Shown here: in pieces, positions 12,682-24,398 of the stretch | Layout: each line of letters begins with the position of its first letter | How positions within the stretch are numbered: position 1 is the stretch's first letter | Translations under genes and position numbers: made by a program | The notes under the pieces: generated by a model | Told to the model about the DNA's origin: nothing | The model's input: the letters and a program-made list of their open reading frames with translations, nothing else | Database searches by the model: none | Assembly: GCF_964204645.1 (NCBI RefSeq) | Contig: NC_134027.1 | Coordinates: 13,548,485-13,612,484, forward strand | Length of the DNA: 64,000 bases | Source: Tubulanus polymorphus | Lineage: Eukaryota; Animalia; Nemertea | Direction: 5' to 3'

Positions 12682-13287
12682 ATGAGAGGTGAAAAGAAAA
12701 TAAAATCCAAAAATGGTGATGTTCCAATTGAAAAAACTTTAGATGATTTAGGAATAACAGAAAACAAATTAATTCCAGATGATGGTGCTTTAAATAATGT
12801 TACAACAAATAATAATTATGAATATTATCTTTATTGTAAACATCAATTAGAAATATTAATAGCATCTGGAAAATGTAAAAATTTTGTCGGTAAAAATTTA
12901 ACTTATAATGAATTAGATACAATGAAATCAGATGAAATTATTAGATTATTTAAGATTTATGAAGCCGCGAGAACAGCTAGAATTAATGACGCGATATCAG
13001 AAAATGTAGTAAAAGGTTATAGTAAATTATGTAATTATATACTTCCAATTGAAGATGAAAATAGATTATATTCCGATTTAAAAAATGATTATTTAGTTAT
13101 GACTAAATTAAATAAATGGATTGGATATTTATCATTTCAATTGGGCGGATTTATGACATTATTATCAACTGGAGTTATAACATTTTCAAATATTGAGAGT
13201 AAAAATATTTCTATAATAAATGAGCGAGGTGGAAGAAGTGAAGGAATTAACTGTGAAGAAAAAACCGAGAACTCAGAAACAAATTGA
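12682..13287 (+). CDS. Polinton hypothetical protein (201 aa)
   Basis: Homologues at 43842 and in family B (~29140-30830). Confidence 0.75.
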   Translation: MRGEKKIKSKNGDVPIEKTLDDLGITENKLIPDDGALNNVTTNNNYEYYLYCKHQLEILIASGKCKNFVGKNLTYNELDTMKSDEIIRLFKIYEAARTARINDAISENVVKGYSKLCNYILPIEDENRLYSDLKNDYLVMTKLNKWIGYLSFQLGGFMTLLSTGVITFSNIESKNISIINERGGRSEGINCEEKTENSETN

Positions 13288-13615
13288 ATGGTCTCGGCAA
13301 TAAGGAATTAAATCACAAGAATATAAAAAAGCTGTAAAAGAAAAAATAAGTAATAAAAATGTTAATAAAAATGGTGAAAATATTGTTATTTCTACTCCTT
13401 CTAATGATAGAATATTTGATAAATGTCTATATTTTACAGTTGGATTTGTAATTGTATTCATTTTGATTGGGTGTAATTGGTATAAGAAATCAAATAAAAT
13501 TCATGATATTAATAATTCTGAAACAACTGCTATCAAAAATCAAAATACTTCTGAAATTCCAAAATTGATAATAAAAAAGTGGATTAATATTTTAGAAAAA
13601 AAACAAAAAAAATAA
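13220..13615 (+). pseudogene. Homologue of the 126-aa single-TM protein
   Basis: Matches 44379-44759; internal TAA. Confidence 0.75.
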
Positions 13616-13617
13616 TT

Positions 13618-13694
13618 GAATATCTCACTACTTTTGTCTATCTATGCGGAGCAATTAAATTGTCCAGATAAGTCATTTCGGATTCTAGATATTT
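13618..13694 (+). other. Conserved structured non-coding motif
   Basis: AATATCT/AGATATT closing stem, TATCT/AGATA inner stem and apical hairpin; also at 44762, 27311 and inverted near 28720-28797. Confidence 0.55.
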
Positions 13695-14220
13695 ATTATT
13701 TTTATTAATTTATCTTGTTTTTTTAATTTGAAGTTTTTCTTGAATATTGTATTACAGTCGTTTCTTATTATTAGTTTTTTCTTAAATTGAAAGATGGCAG
13801 CACTGGGTGTGATGCTAAAATGAATATTTGAATTTGAATTTGAATTTGTTAATCAATTAACATGGTAATTGATTACTAATTTGATTTAAAATTATATCAT
13901 AATTAAGTTAAAAATCCATATTTCATTTATCAGTTTTCATTCCTATATTCTTTTCATTCGGAATAATTTATAATTTCAAATTTCACATATTTCTTTAGTA
14001 AACACCAACAACATTTACTTTAGCTAAGGTGTTTTAGCTAAGTATATAAGGCAATTCATTCCAACGCTGGAGTAGCTCTGACCAGCAGAGGCATTTTGGC
14101 ACAGGGGTGCTCACCGTGATCTGGAGATAGCATCAACCGCAACGTATTTCTGAAGATAAAATCAACCGCAACATTTACCGTGATCTGGAAGGCTGGGCTA
14201 GCGCAGAAGCTACCCGCGAT

Positions 14221-15349
14221 ATGGATTTAACTAGAGCCAAGTCGTGGTCGAACGACATGGAATACGCTAGATCGATAGAACTTTTTCTTGTTGTCAGGAA
14301 AATCGGACTTAATGTGAAAGATGTTCAGGAATTTTTTGGAAGAAGCCTTGAAAGATAGAACCTTTAAGGCTTGCGTTAGGAAAGCTGAAGACTTCACTCC
14401 GTTCAATTATGGAATTCATTGCAAAGATCAAAACGCTTTTGACCTCCTTAAGAACCACGATTTGCAGATCAAAGATAAAACGGTTACACTTCGTGCGCCG
14501 AAGGAAACGCCGACAATTATACGGATAGAGGGAGTACCATCCAACTGCCCTCACAGTGTAATCGATGAAATTCTGAGTGGATACGGTACTATATTAAACA
14601 GAACATACCACCCGACTTTTGCGAAGACAGACATCGAAAATGCCGCAAAAAGAATTACCGAGATGTCGATATCTAAAGCTATCCCTAGGAATATAGCAAT
14701 GAAATCAGCTAACGGACTTGTGCTAATTCGAGTTTACTATAGCGGTCAGCCGGAACATTGTTTATTGTGTAATAACTTCAACCACACGTGGGTCGAATGT
14801 AAGGAAGCAAGTTGTACGCATCCTACCCATCCACCGCATAAATGCCGCCAATTGTTTCACCGAAATGCTCAACAGAATCGACAGTACGAACTACAGTACC
14901 CGACGATCGAACAAACTTCAACGAAACCGACAGTGGAAGATTGCGAAAAACGTAAAAGGGCTTCGCTTTCTTCATCCGACGAATCTGCGCCACAAACACC
15001 AAGGAAAAAATCGATACAGGACAAAAATACCGTCAATTGCGATAGCGGACCATTGAACGAATTACAGAATAAGTTACATTCTGTAATCAACCAAAGTTCG
15101 AACACTTCTCTTAATGGAACAGACCGCGAAAGTGACTTTCTCCGCAGCGCAAGTTTTGAAGGGCTAACGACCAACCAACTCAACAGAGAACAAGACACTG
15201 ACAATAAACGGTTAAAGGAAATGTACAAAGTAAGGGGAAAATTAACGTCGAACCCCTCGTCAGAAGACATTAAAACGCTGAAACATCGTATCTCAGCGAG
15301 AGAAGAGGAAATAACCCGCCGTAAAGCCAAAATCAACAAGAAGAAATGA
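14221..15349 (+). pseudogene. Tx1 ORF1 (gag-like, zinc knuckle); probable 1-nt frameshift in the T-run near 14335
   Basis: IRIEGVP, YSGQPEHCLLCNNFNHTWVEC (CCHC); upstream ATG at 14221 is out of frame by one base. Confidence 0.8.
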
Positions 15350-15545
15350 CTAAGCGGTAAGAGAATTGTACCAAAGCGCACTGATTTTGCCATTGAATAC
15401 TTGAACATTAGACCTTTTAGGTATATTTGGGAAACTGAAATGCTAAACAGATTAATTGAACAGGCTTCGAAAACTCTCTCGGTTTGTGATATTAGGAAAA
15501 TTGTTACAAAGTATGAAATGATTAATTCTTGTAAACCTCTGTAAG

Positions 15546-18500
15546 ATGGCTACTGATGGTATGAAAATAGCGAGTCTCAATTGCAATGGACTCGTAGCCT
15601 CCAAAATCAAAAGACTCAATATTTTTGATCGGCTAAAGCATTTTGATATATTTCTCCTCCAGGAGACGCATATAAGGAATGAGGACGAGGCAAAAACCCT
15701 CTTTAAAAGTATAAGTAAAGAATACGAAATTTTCACCAATAATAATATTAATCGTATTAATGGGGTAGCAATCGGGATAAGTAGAAAATCTCATTTCGAC
15801 CTGGGGCATTGTACCAGAGATACACAAGGTCGCGGAATATGCTTAAAATTATTGATCGGTAATGAGAGATATAAAATAATCAATATATACGCTCCAAGTA
15901 AAGATAGGCAAAAGAAAGAGTATTTTCAATCAATTCCTGATCTTATTGGTAACGCTGAAAACACGAAGTTAATTATCGGTGGAGACTTTAACTGTATAGA
16001 AAATTATTCCCTAGATAGACAATCAGCTCATTCCAACCCTAAGGCAACATATGGCGCTGAACAATTAGCCCAATTGTGTAGTTCATATTGTTTAGAGGAC
16101 CCATTCAGGGCCTTAAACCCTGCAAAGAAGGTTTTTACTAGATTAACTAATGTCAATAATACAATTACTATGACTAGAATCGATAGATTCTATGTCTCTC
16201 AATGTGTCACTAGCGATATAGAAACAATAGCGCACTTAAATTCAATCCATTCAGATCACAAACTAGTGTCAATGACTATTCGCACAAACCAACCACCAAA
16301 AGGCAAAGGATTTTGGCATCTAAACAATGACCTTTTGAATAACGAAGAATATATCGAGCTAATAACCAACACTTGGAGCAAGTGGCAAAAACACAAAGTT
16401 TTGTATGATAACATCCTTCAGTGGTGGGATGACGGTAAAAAGTTAATCAAATCTAAGTCTACCCAATTCTCTAAAAAACTTGCCAAATCTAGAAACGAAC
16501 TGAAACGCAGACTCGAAAATGAACTTTATGTTTTGGAGAGCCGAGCAAGTGAAGGTCTGAATTATAATCGTAATAGACTAAAAGATATTATAACAATAAT
16601 CAAACAAATTGATGATAATAAAACGAAAGGTAACATGATAAGAGCCAAAATAGAATGGAGAGAGGAAGGCGAAAAAACATCCAAATTTTTTGCAAATTTA
16701 GAAAAACGAAGAGGAAAAATTAATCGTATAAACGGCCTTTATAACGATTTCGAGGAACTTAAAACTGACCAAAATGATATAATGGATATTGAGGTTAGCT
16801 TTTATAAAAAACTATACACTAGAGAAGTAACCAATCCCGTTACTCAAGAACGATTCTTACACAATTTACCACAAGTCCAAAACCCAGAGATAATCGATGG
16901 ACCGATCACGCTTGAAGAATTAACAAATTCGGTTAAATCGTTTAAGCTAGACAAGTCGCCGGGTATTGATGGATTGTCTAGCAATTTTTATGTTCAATTT
17001 TGGCCAATTCTGAAATACGATTTCCACGAAGTCGTGTGTGAATGTATTCGTTTAAATACAATTACAGAATCTATGAAAATTGGCGTAATCACTCTCATAC
17101 ACAAAAGGGGGGAAAGAACACGCTTAGGAAATTGGAGACCGATTACTTTACTTTGTACAGACTATAAGATTATAACTAAAACTATTTCAAATAGGTTAAT
17201 TACTGTTTTGACAGATATTATTGATCCTGATCAAACATGTAATGTTAAAGGTAGACGGATCCATGACAATTGTCACATAATCCGTGACCTAATCCAGTAT
17301 ACCAACGATGAAAATATTGAGGCCTTTCTATTAGCGATCGATCAGATGAAGGCATTTGATCGAGTAGATTGGTCATATATGTTCAAATCCCTGAAATCGT
17401 TTGGCTTCGGCGAAAATATAATCAAATACATCGAAATGTGTTATTCTGATCCCAAGTCTTTGATTAAAAGTAATGGTTTCCTTACAAATCCATTCTCTCT
17501 TGAACGAGGAGTAAGACAAGGATGCCCAATGAGTGCGCTTCTCTATATTATTGTAGCTGAAACCTTAGCAATTAGAATAAGGCGCGATCCAGAAATTGAG
17601 GGTATCACCTTGCCAAACGGGGAAGTGTGTAAAATGAAACAATATGCTGACGATACAACCCTAACCGTAACAAGTATTGAATCAATCAAGAAACTTTTCC
17701 ATGTTTTAACGGAATTTGAGCAATCTTCTGGAGCCAAAATAAATAAAGAAAAGACGGAAGGTTTATGGATTGGTGCCTCCAAGAATAGAACGGATAAACC
17801 CCTAAACCTAAATTGGTCAAACAGACACATAAAAATATATGGCATGTATTTTGGTCTTGGTGACATCGATAAACTTAATTGGGAACGAAAGATTAACACA
17901 ATTACAAACATAATAAATCAATGGCGACAGACTAAACTGTCGTACAAAGGCAAACGGGTAGTTATTAATTCGTTCATTTTACCTGTCTTATGGTATGTCT
18001 CAGAAATTTATCCTATACCCAATATTTACGTCGAACGTATTCAGAAAAAAATTAACGATTTTCTTTGGTCTTATGGTAAACATTATGTAAGAGCGGAGAT
18101 AATCTATCAACCCTTAAGCAGTGGTGGATTAGCAATTAATAACATTAGTTGTAGAGTAATGGCCCAAAGGGCACGAACTATCCTAGTAGAAATGAATCGA
18201 GGATCTAAATGGAGAACATTACTGAATTATTATCTTAATCAAGTGCTAGGACAGGGCTGGTCGATAGATTCCCTTATAAATGAAAATTTCATAAATAGAG
18301 AAACTCGGAATTCATACTACAAAAGCCTTTTAACCGCGTGGAAGTATGTTATGGCTCTCGTTGAACCGAAATGGTCGAAGCACGATATTAAGAATAACTT
18401 AGTGTTTAATAACCCCTCAATAACTGTCAATGGTAGGACCTTGAATTATCCAGAATATACTGACATAGGTTTAACAAATATCAAGCATTTCTTCGATGAA

Positions 18501-19361
18501 TATGGTAATTTCAAAGATATTGATAATTTTACGCCGATATTAGTAGACGAAGGAAAACACAGCCGAATTTACGCTGCTATACCTCGCGAATGGCGGGTCA
18601 CCCTGGGTGACGAAACCATTGATGATAATAAAAAATCAGCTTACACAATTAAAATACAGAACTATAGAAAACCATTAGCTGATACTTCGATGCGCGAAAT
18701 ATATAATGCCATAGTCCATGCAAAATTCGGCCACATAAAACCAATTAGTCAAAATAAAATCCAAACAATTCTAAACGAACATAACATAAATTGGGCTCAA
18801 ATATGGGGAGACATTTATCATCCAATAACTGAGAATAAATTAGGGGATATGCAATGGAGGTTTCTACACGATACCCTAGCTACAGCAACTAAACTCGTGA
18901 CATGGCAAGTTTCTAACGACCCTACCTGTAAAATATGCGGCCGTGCAGCCACTAATACGCATGTCATAATTGAATGTCCGGCAGCTGTAAGACTTTTTAC
19001 TAGATTTCAAACGATAATAGCTCAGGTAGCAGAACAACCAGCCCTCTTAACTAAACGTACAATTTGTTTTGGTTTTTCTAAACAAGCGATCATAAATCCA
19101 CACAGTAGGCGTATATGTAACTATTTGATAACGGTCTTGAAATGGACACTGTATAAGAATCATCGCAAGGCATGCGCAGGAGAAACTGAACTAGATATGA
19201 AAAATTATGCTCGTAATTTTATAGCCAAACGATTGAAACAGGAGATTACGGCCAGGAAAAATATTAATGTTTGGACTCAAAATGAAACACTGATCAGATG
19301 CAACGGAAATAATTACTTTATAAATGAAATAGCACTCAGTACGATTAATGATATTTTGTAA
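15546..19361 (+). CDS. Tx1 ORF2: AP endonuclease + reverse transcriptase + C-terminal Zn finger
   Basis: SLNCNGL, LLQETH, GGDFN, SDH; KSPGIDG, WRPITLL, GVRQGCP, QYADD; CKIC..H....C; intact 1271 aa. Confidence 0.97.
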   Translation: MATDGMKIASLNCNGLVASKIKRLNIFDRLKHFDIFLLQETHIRNEDEAKTLFKSISKEYEIFTNNNINRINGVAIGISRKSHFDLGHCTRDTQGRGICLKLLIGNERYKIINIYAPSKDRQKKEYFQSIPDLIGNAENTKLIIGGDFNCIENYSLDRQSAHSNPKATYGAEQLAQLCSSYCLEDPFRALNPAKKVFTRLTNVNNTITMTRIDRFYVSQCVTSDIETIAHLNSIHSDHKLVSMTIRTNQPPKGKGFWHLNNDLLNNEEYIELITNTWSKWQKHKVLYDNILQWWDDGKKLIKSKSTQFSKKLAKSRNELKRRLENELYVLESRASEGLNYNRNRLKDIITIIKQIDDNKTKGNMIRAKIEWREEGEKTSKFFANLEKRRGKINRINGLYNDFEELKTDQNDIMDIEVSFYKKLYTREVTNPVTQERFLHNLPQVQNPEIIDGPITLEELTNSVKSFKLDKSPGIDGLSSNFYVQFWPILKYDFHEVVCECIRLNTITESMKIGVITLIHKRGERTRLGNWRPITLLCTDYKIITKTISNRLITVLTDIIDPDQTCNVKGRRIHDNCHIIRDLIQYTNDENIEAFLLAIDQMKAFDRVDWSYMFKSLKSFGFGENIIKYIEMCYSDPKSLIKSNGFLTNPFSLERGVRQGCPMSALLYIIVAETLAIRIRRDPEIEGITLPNGEVCKMKQYADDTTLTVTSIESIKKLFHVLTEFEQSSGAKINKEKTEGLWIGASKNRTDKPLNLNWSNRHIKIYGMYFGLGDIDKLNWERKINTITNIINQWRQTKLSYKGKRVVINSFILPVLWYVSEIYPIPNIYVERIQKKINDFLWSYGKHYVRAEIIYQPLSSGGLAINNISCRVMAQRARTILVEMNRGSKWRTLLNYYLNQVLGQGWSIDSLINENFINRETRNSYYKSLLTAWKYVMALVEPKWSKHDIKNNLVFNNPSITVNGRTLNYPEYTDIGLTNIKHFFDEYGNFKDIDNFTPILVDEGKHSRIYAAIPREWRVTLGDETIDDNKKSAYTIKIQNYRKPLADTSMREIYNAIVHAKFGHIKPISQNKIQTILNEHNINWAQIWGDIYHPITENKLGDMQWRFLHDTLATATKLVTWQVSNDPTCKICGRAATNTHVIIECPAAVRLFTRFQTIIAQVAEQPALLTKRTICFGFSKQAIINPHSRRICNYLITVLKWTLYKNHRKACAGETELDMKNYARNFIAKRLKQEITARKNINVWTQNETLIRCNGNNYFINEIALSTINDIL

Positions 19362-19812
19362 GGCCAGAAAAGAGCGTTTAGGTTTCTGTAAATAGCAATT
19401 AAATCGTTTTATACATACTATACATGTGACTGTGAATGATGACTTGATATCTCTATACTAGACAAAAGTATTCCTATTTTGTAAATATAAAGAATAATTT
19501 GTGTCATTACGGATAATGTGTAAATATTGGAAAGAATTAAACGATGTATGTATGATGTGTAGTGAAATGTTCCAGTTAACGCAGTTTGAATTGTCTTCTT
19601 AATATACATATACGACTGTTACTAACCAGTGTTAATGAATAACGTTTAAATCGAATTGAAAAGAATTAAATATACATTTATGATTGCTTGGAATATGATG
19701 TAAATACCTCCAGTCCCCCACCTGACTCCAGTGGGTGTGATGTAGTTGTTATGGAGCCTTCCTTTTGTTAAATAAAGTTAAAAAAAAAAAAAGAAAAAAA
19801 AAATTTTGAAAA

Positions 19813-20012
19813 TGCACCTTCGTCACTCTCCGGGTTTCTCCTTCGGTTTCGAATTTCGAGATTGGTAGAAATTACATTAGGCGCCTTTAATATAATGTGA
19901 TTTCTGCCAATCATTGAAGGAGATCCCGGTTGACGTGGGTCGCGGGGGTGTAAGTAGAAATGACGGGGGATAAGCGTCCAGCAGCGCCTTTCAATAATGG
20001 GATGCTTATCCC
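19813..20012 (+). ncRNA. Candidate structured RNA, A1 copy
   Basis: Same stems as 45237-45437. Confidence 0.4.
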
Positions 20013-20262
20013 CTGAAAACTCTGTAGGTCGAGGATAGGGCAATTTTGCTAAAACTAACCGTAAAAACATTGAAATATTCCTTTTAATCACGAGAGAGAA
20101 TGACTATCCTCCTGTCCTGTGTGTGTTGTATGTACTGCGTTATAACTGCTATAACAACAACGTTGAATTGCAACACCTGATGTTTGACTGTATGATTGTA
20201 GTTGTTTGTAAAACGACTAAGGTTATTTTGGATTCTAGATATTCATTATTTTTATTTTTTAT

Positions 20263-20589
20263 TTAATCAACAATTTCTAAATCATGATGACCGTCTTCAT
20301 TTTTCCCATGATAGATTATTTTAAATCCTTCTAAATCTTTTAATTCCTCTGTACTCAATGAAACCCATTTATCAGGTAAAAACACTTTAAATTCTCGCGA
20401 TGTACTAACATTACAGTAGCTTAAATTCGCTGATACTTTCTCTCCATATTTAGTTTTTATCTTTTCTAATTTCAATATTTTATGTTCAATTTCTTTTGTA
20501 ACATCAATTAACTTTTTTATTTCAAATTGTTTTTTTGCTGGTTTTATTCTGTTATTTATTGTTGCTAAGAATGCTTTTCTATCTCCCAT
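20263..20589 (-). CDS. Polinton terminal 108-aa protein
   Basis: Almost identical ORF at 45741-46067; start codon lies within the TIR. Confidence 0.8.
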   Translation of the reverse strand: MGDRKAFLATINNRIKPAKKQFEIKKLIDVTKEIEHKILKLEKIKTKYGEKVSANLSYCNVSTSREFKVFLPDKWVSLSTEELKDLEGFKIIYHGKNEDGHHDLEIVD

Positions 20590-20674
20590 TTATTAGGAAA
20601 AAAAATTACTTGTGGTGATGAGTGGTGTCTCGTCCTCTCGTCCTCCGATCTGAAACCCACATCTTCCAATTACT
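20584..20674 (-). repeat. Right TIR of A1
   Basis: Reverse complement of 33060-33148 with few mismatches. Confidence 0.9.
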
Positions 20675-21205
20675 TAACAATTTATAATTTTAACAGTCGA
20701 ACAATTTAACATTTTAACGGTCTAACAATTTAACATTTTAACAGTCTAACAATTTAACATTTCAACAGTCTAACAATTTAACATTTCAACAGTCCATCAA
20801 TTTATCATTTCAACTGTCAAACAATTTATCATTTTAACAGTCTAACAATTTAACATTTCAACTGTCAAACAACTTATCATTTTAACAGTCTTAACAATTT
20901 AACATTTTAACAGTCAAACAATTTATCATTTCAACAGTCTAACAATTTAACATTTTAACAGTCCATTAATTTAAAATTTCAACAGTCAAACAATTTAACA
21001 TTTCAACAGTCAAACAATTTATCATTTTAACAGTCTAACAATTTAACATTTCAACTGTCTAACAATTTGATATTTTAACAGTCTAACAATTTAACATTTC
21101 AACAGTCAAACAATTTAACATTTTAACGTTCTAACAATTTATCATTTAAACAGTCTAACAATTTATTATTTAACAGTCTGACAATTTATCATTTTAACAG
21201 TCTAT
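20675..21205. repeat. Minisatellite, ~24-bp unit (aacaatttaacattttaacagtct), roughly 22 copies
   Basis: Direct inspection. Confidence 0.92.
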
Positions 21206-21209
21206 TAGA

Positions 21210-22404
21210 TATTTAAATCATTTAACTTAATTCAATAATTATTTGACTATTTAATTTATTTTTAATGTAGAATTGTTACTCTTTACTCCAGTTTTTATGT
21301 TTAATTGTTTGGTAATGCTTTGATTTATGTGAATTTGAATATTTACCTCCGCAATAACAATGAATTTTTTCATTAGGATTAAATCTTTTGAATTCATTTT
21401 CTAAATCACATTGAATTGTAATATCTTTAAAAGATTTACTATTTCCTAAATCACGCTGAATTGCAATATCTTTAAAAGAATTATCTTTTTCTAAATCACA
21501 TTGAATTGCAATATCTTTAAAAGAATTATTGTTTTCTATATCACATTAAATTTCAATATTTGATGTATTTTCATTATAAATAATTTGTTTATCATCAAAA
21601 TTACAATAATATAATTGTCGTTTTTCAATTCTTAAGTCTATCCTATCATTACCTCTTGAAAGTATTATATCACTTTCTCTTTCATTAAAAGGAAATTTAA
21701 GAATATTTATTATGTTTTCATCTAAATTACCTTTATAATTTAAAAACTGTATTAAATATTTTTGGATTTTTGGCACCATTATCTAAAGTATCTATTAGTT
21801 CAGTAATTAAATATGTTTCATTTAATAATATTTGATTAATTACAGTAATATCATAAATTTTATATTGTCTTCCATACACTAAATATTTTGCTGAGATACA
21901 ATTTTTAATGTTAAATAGTGAAAATAATTCATTAAATTCTTTTATTTCAATTTTAAATTCCATTTCTTCTTTCATTTATATAGCAAAATTATTACTCACG
22001 CTTTACTCACACTTTTAATATTGAAAATCTAACTTATTTTACTCACACTTTACTCACACTTTTAACATTGAAAATCTAACTTATTTTACTCACACTTTAC
22101 TCACACTTTTAATATTGAAAATCTAACTTGTTTTACTCACACTTTTAATATTGAACAATTTTATCATTTTATTAGTGCTTTTATATTAAAAAGTTTCTTT
22201 ATTTTTGGAAAAGAGCAAAAAAAAATTTGATTTTTTCTAAACTTATTTTTATTTCTTAATTTGCTGATACTTTCTCTCCATATTTAGTTTTTATCTTTCC
22301 TAATTTCATTTATTCTGTTATTTATTTTTGCTAAGAATGCTTTTCTATCTGCCATTTATAAGGGGAACAAATTATTTGTGGTGATGAGGGCTGTCTCGAC
22401 CTCA
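21210..22404 (-). mobile_element. Remnant right end of a further Polinton (C): degraded minus-strand ORF, deleted 108-aa homologue and partial TIR
   Basis: 22255-22354 resembles the 108-aa gene; 22352-22404 resembles the TIR; TAAATG starts at 21975 and 22355. Confidence 0.65.
21990..22155. repeat. Tandem repeat, ~47-bp unit containing tttactcacac, about 3.5 copies
   Basis: Direct inspection. Confidence 0.85.
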
Positions 22405-22419
22405 CGACCTCTGGTATGA

Positions 22420-22770
22420 AAGCCTACTTTTCCTATTACTTCTTTTAACGACTATTATTTGCAAGTCTTTGAATGTATATATCACAAAATAGCAGACTTC
22501 AGCCTGGGTGCACATCAGCTGTCCTTGTACTTGATAGTAGTAATCATTGTTTTTTTTTTTAAGTTGGAGTTCTCCATTGACAAGCGCAAGGTAAGGCACA
22601 GTGACCTCCGAGATAAACTTATCACGCGCGGTATATGGACATTTTACTTCGACTATTGTTTTGGAGTCAATAATGCCATCTGGAGATGCAGCTAACCAAG
22701 GTCGTTCCTTGTAAATAAAGAGGCCGCACTCTTTAGCTTCCTGAATGCCTGGATAATCTGAGCGAAATTT
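22420..22770 (-). pseudogene. YqaJ/lambda-exonuclease-like nuclease fragment
   Basis: Minus strand reads ECGLFIYKERPWLAASPDGIID..IVEVKCPY then YYYQVQGQL..CYFVIY. Confidence 0.85.
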
Positions 22771-22771
22771 C

Positions 22772-24398
22772 AGATATTTGGCTCGGATGTACTGGCATAC
22801 CTGTACTGGGATACCCCTCCTTTCTAAAGGTTTGATTATTTCAAAAAGTTAGGTTGGGTACGTGGGGCGAAAACCACTTCAATGCGTAGCTAAGATGCTG
22901 GCCTATGAGCCATAAGCAGGATTTCCCCTGAATGTACGCGCTTATATATGAACTAAACTCTCGAATTTCCGGTTTTTACTATAGGATAGAAGATTTTGGA
23001 ATAGTGGTCTGAGCTCTGACAGCCAATACAGCCAAAATAACAAATTTTGAAGTTTTGATGAAATTTCACAAATAATTTTTATCTTATACATCTTTTGCAC
23101 ATATAAGTCGTCTTGAGGCATTCATTGAGACCTAATTCGCTGATTTTAATCAGTTTCATGGTAGGATTTGGTAATGTTTTTGTTTGTAGAAGGCTAGAAT
23201 CGCAGATTTCGGTCAATTTTTAGGCATGAACCGTAAGATATTTTCTCGTAGGAGGCTCGGTTTAGGCTCATAAATCTATTTCATAAAGGCCATCCTTGCC
23301 CATGCAGAATAATCACATTAATTCAGCTTTCTTTGATTAAGTTATCTAGTTTGGCTGACTTTTTGGTGCCAGATACTGTCAGGAATTTAAGGGGTAGGGG
23401 AAATGCATATTTTCGTTGAAACCATGGCAACCGAAAGGACATTGTCAGAGGCCAGTTGTGATATTTTTCCTAACTAGTACTGGTGACAACTACGCTTGGT
23501 ATATAAAATTCGTCCCGGCCGAAGGCCTGTGGACGTAGTAGGGTGCATTCGAATTAGGCCTTCAGCGCAAGAAAACTCCAAATCTAAAGCTTTCAGCCAA
23601 TTCGATGATGAAAATGGCATTTTTTTCAAAAAATGCTTAAAGATTGTGTTTCTGATTTTTATCCATAGCCATATATTTATATCCATCAGTGAAAAAAATC
23701 TATCAAGTATTCAGAAAATGTTGTATAATTGTTTTATTCATATTTTGAAATGAATGTTTGACTTAGATGATATTGATAGAAAACTTGGATTTTGTCGCAT
23801 ACGCACGATTTGTGCATTAGCATGTATTTCCATGTGTAATTGGTCTCCACTCTTTCTAAAACTGTACAAAGACTAATGCTATTCTTAAGTTTGGGTACTA
23901 GTCAGGCATCAGACCACAATTAGGTTAGTAGCTCGAAGATGCGAAGGGCCGGACCCCAAAAATAGTACCTAGAGTGAAGAAGAGGTCCCCCATAAATGTT
24001 GCCATAATTTCTGCAAATGGGATAGGTAACGAATTTCGGTTATATGTATGAAATCCATTGATCCTGAGAGACAGATTGATGATGAAATAAGGGATTCCCT
24101 GGGCTTTTTTTGCTTGGAGTAAGGGTACCAAACACGGTGGGGGATTCCCTTAGATATTTGGCTCGGATGTACTGGCATACCTGTACTGGGATACCCCTCC
24201 TTTCTAAAGGTTTGATTATTTCAAAAGTTAGGTTGGGTACGTGGGGCGAAAACCACTTCAATGCGTAGCTAAGATGCTGGCCTATGAGCCTTAAGCAGGA
24301 TTTCCCCTGAATTTACGCGCTTATATATAAACTAAACTCTCGAATTTCTTGTTTTTACTATAGGATATAGAAGATTTTGGAATAGTGGTCTGAGCTCT
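22772..24398. repeat. ~245-bp direct repeat (about 22772-23017 and 24152-24398)
   Basis: agatatttggctcggatg...ggtctgagctct occurs twice, nearly identical. Confidence 0.9.

Larger units (their letters stand above)
14099..19802 (+). mobile_element. Full-length Tx1/L1-clade non-LTR retrotransposon
   Basis: ORF1 + ORF2, AATAAA at 19771 then poly(A), ATTTTG duplicated at 14093-14098 and 19803-19808; empty site visible in A2 near 45226. Confidence 0.95.
3040..20674 (+). mobile_element. Polinton/Maverick copy A1; left part (pPolB, left TIR) missing; interrupted by a Tx1 element
   Basis: Penton-like, MCP-like, rve integrase and packaging ATPase genes; right TIR ending ...caattact at 20674; colinear with A2. 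Left boundary is approximate. Confidence 0.9.

Noticed and set aside
13618-13694. Known ribozyme class or SECIS
   Set aside because: No hammerhead CUGANGA core; I could not fit HDV, twister or pistol consensus, or SECIS quartet geometry, by eye
14869-15408. Antisense ORFs over Tx1, BEL/Pao and Polinton genes
   Set aside because: Shadow frames of real coding sequence
20675-21205. Possible CRISPR array
   Set aside because: Contiguous tandem units without unique spacers; no cas genes; eukaryotic context
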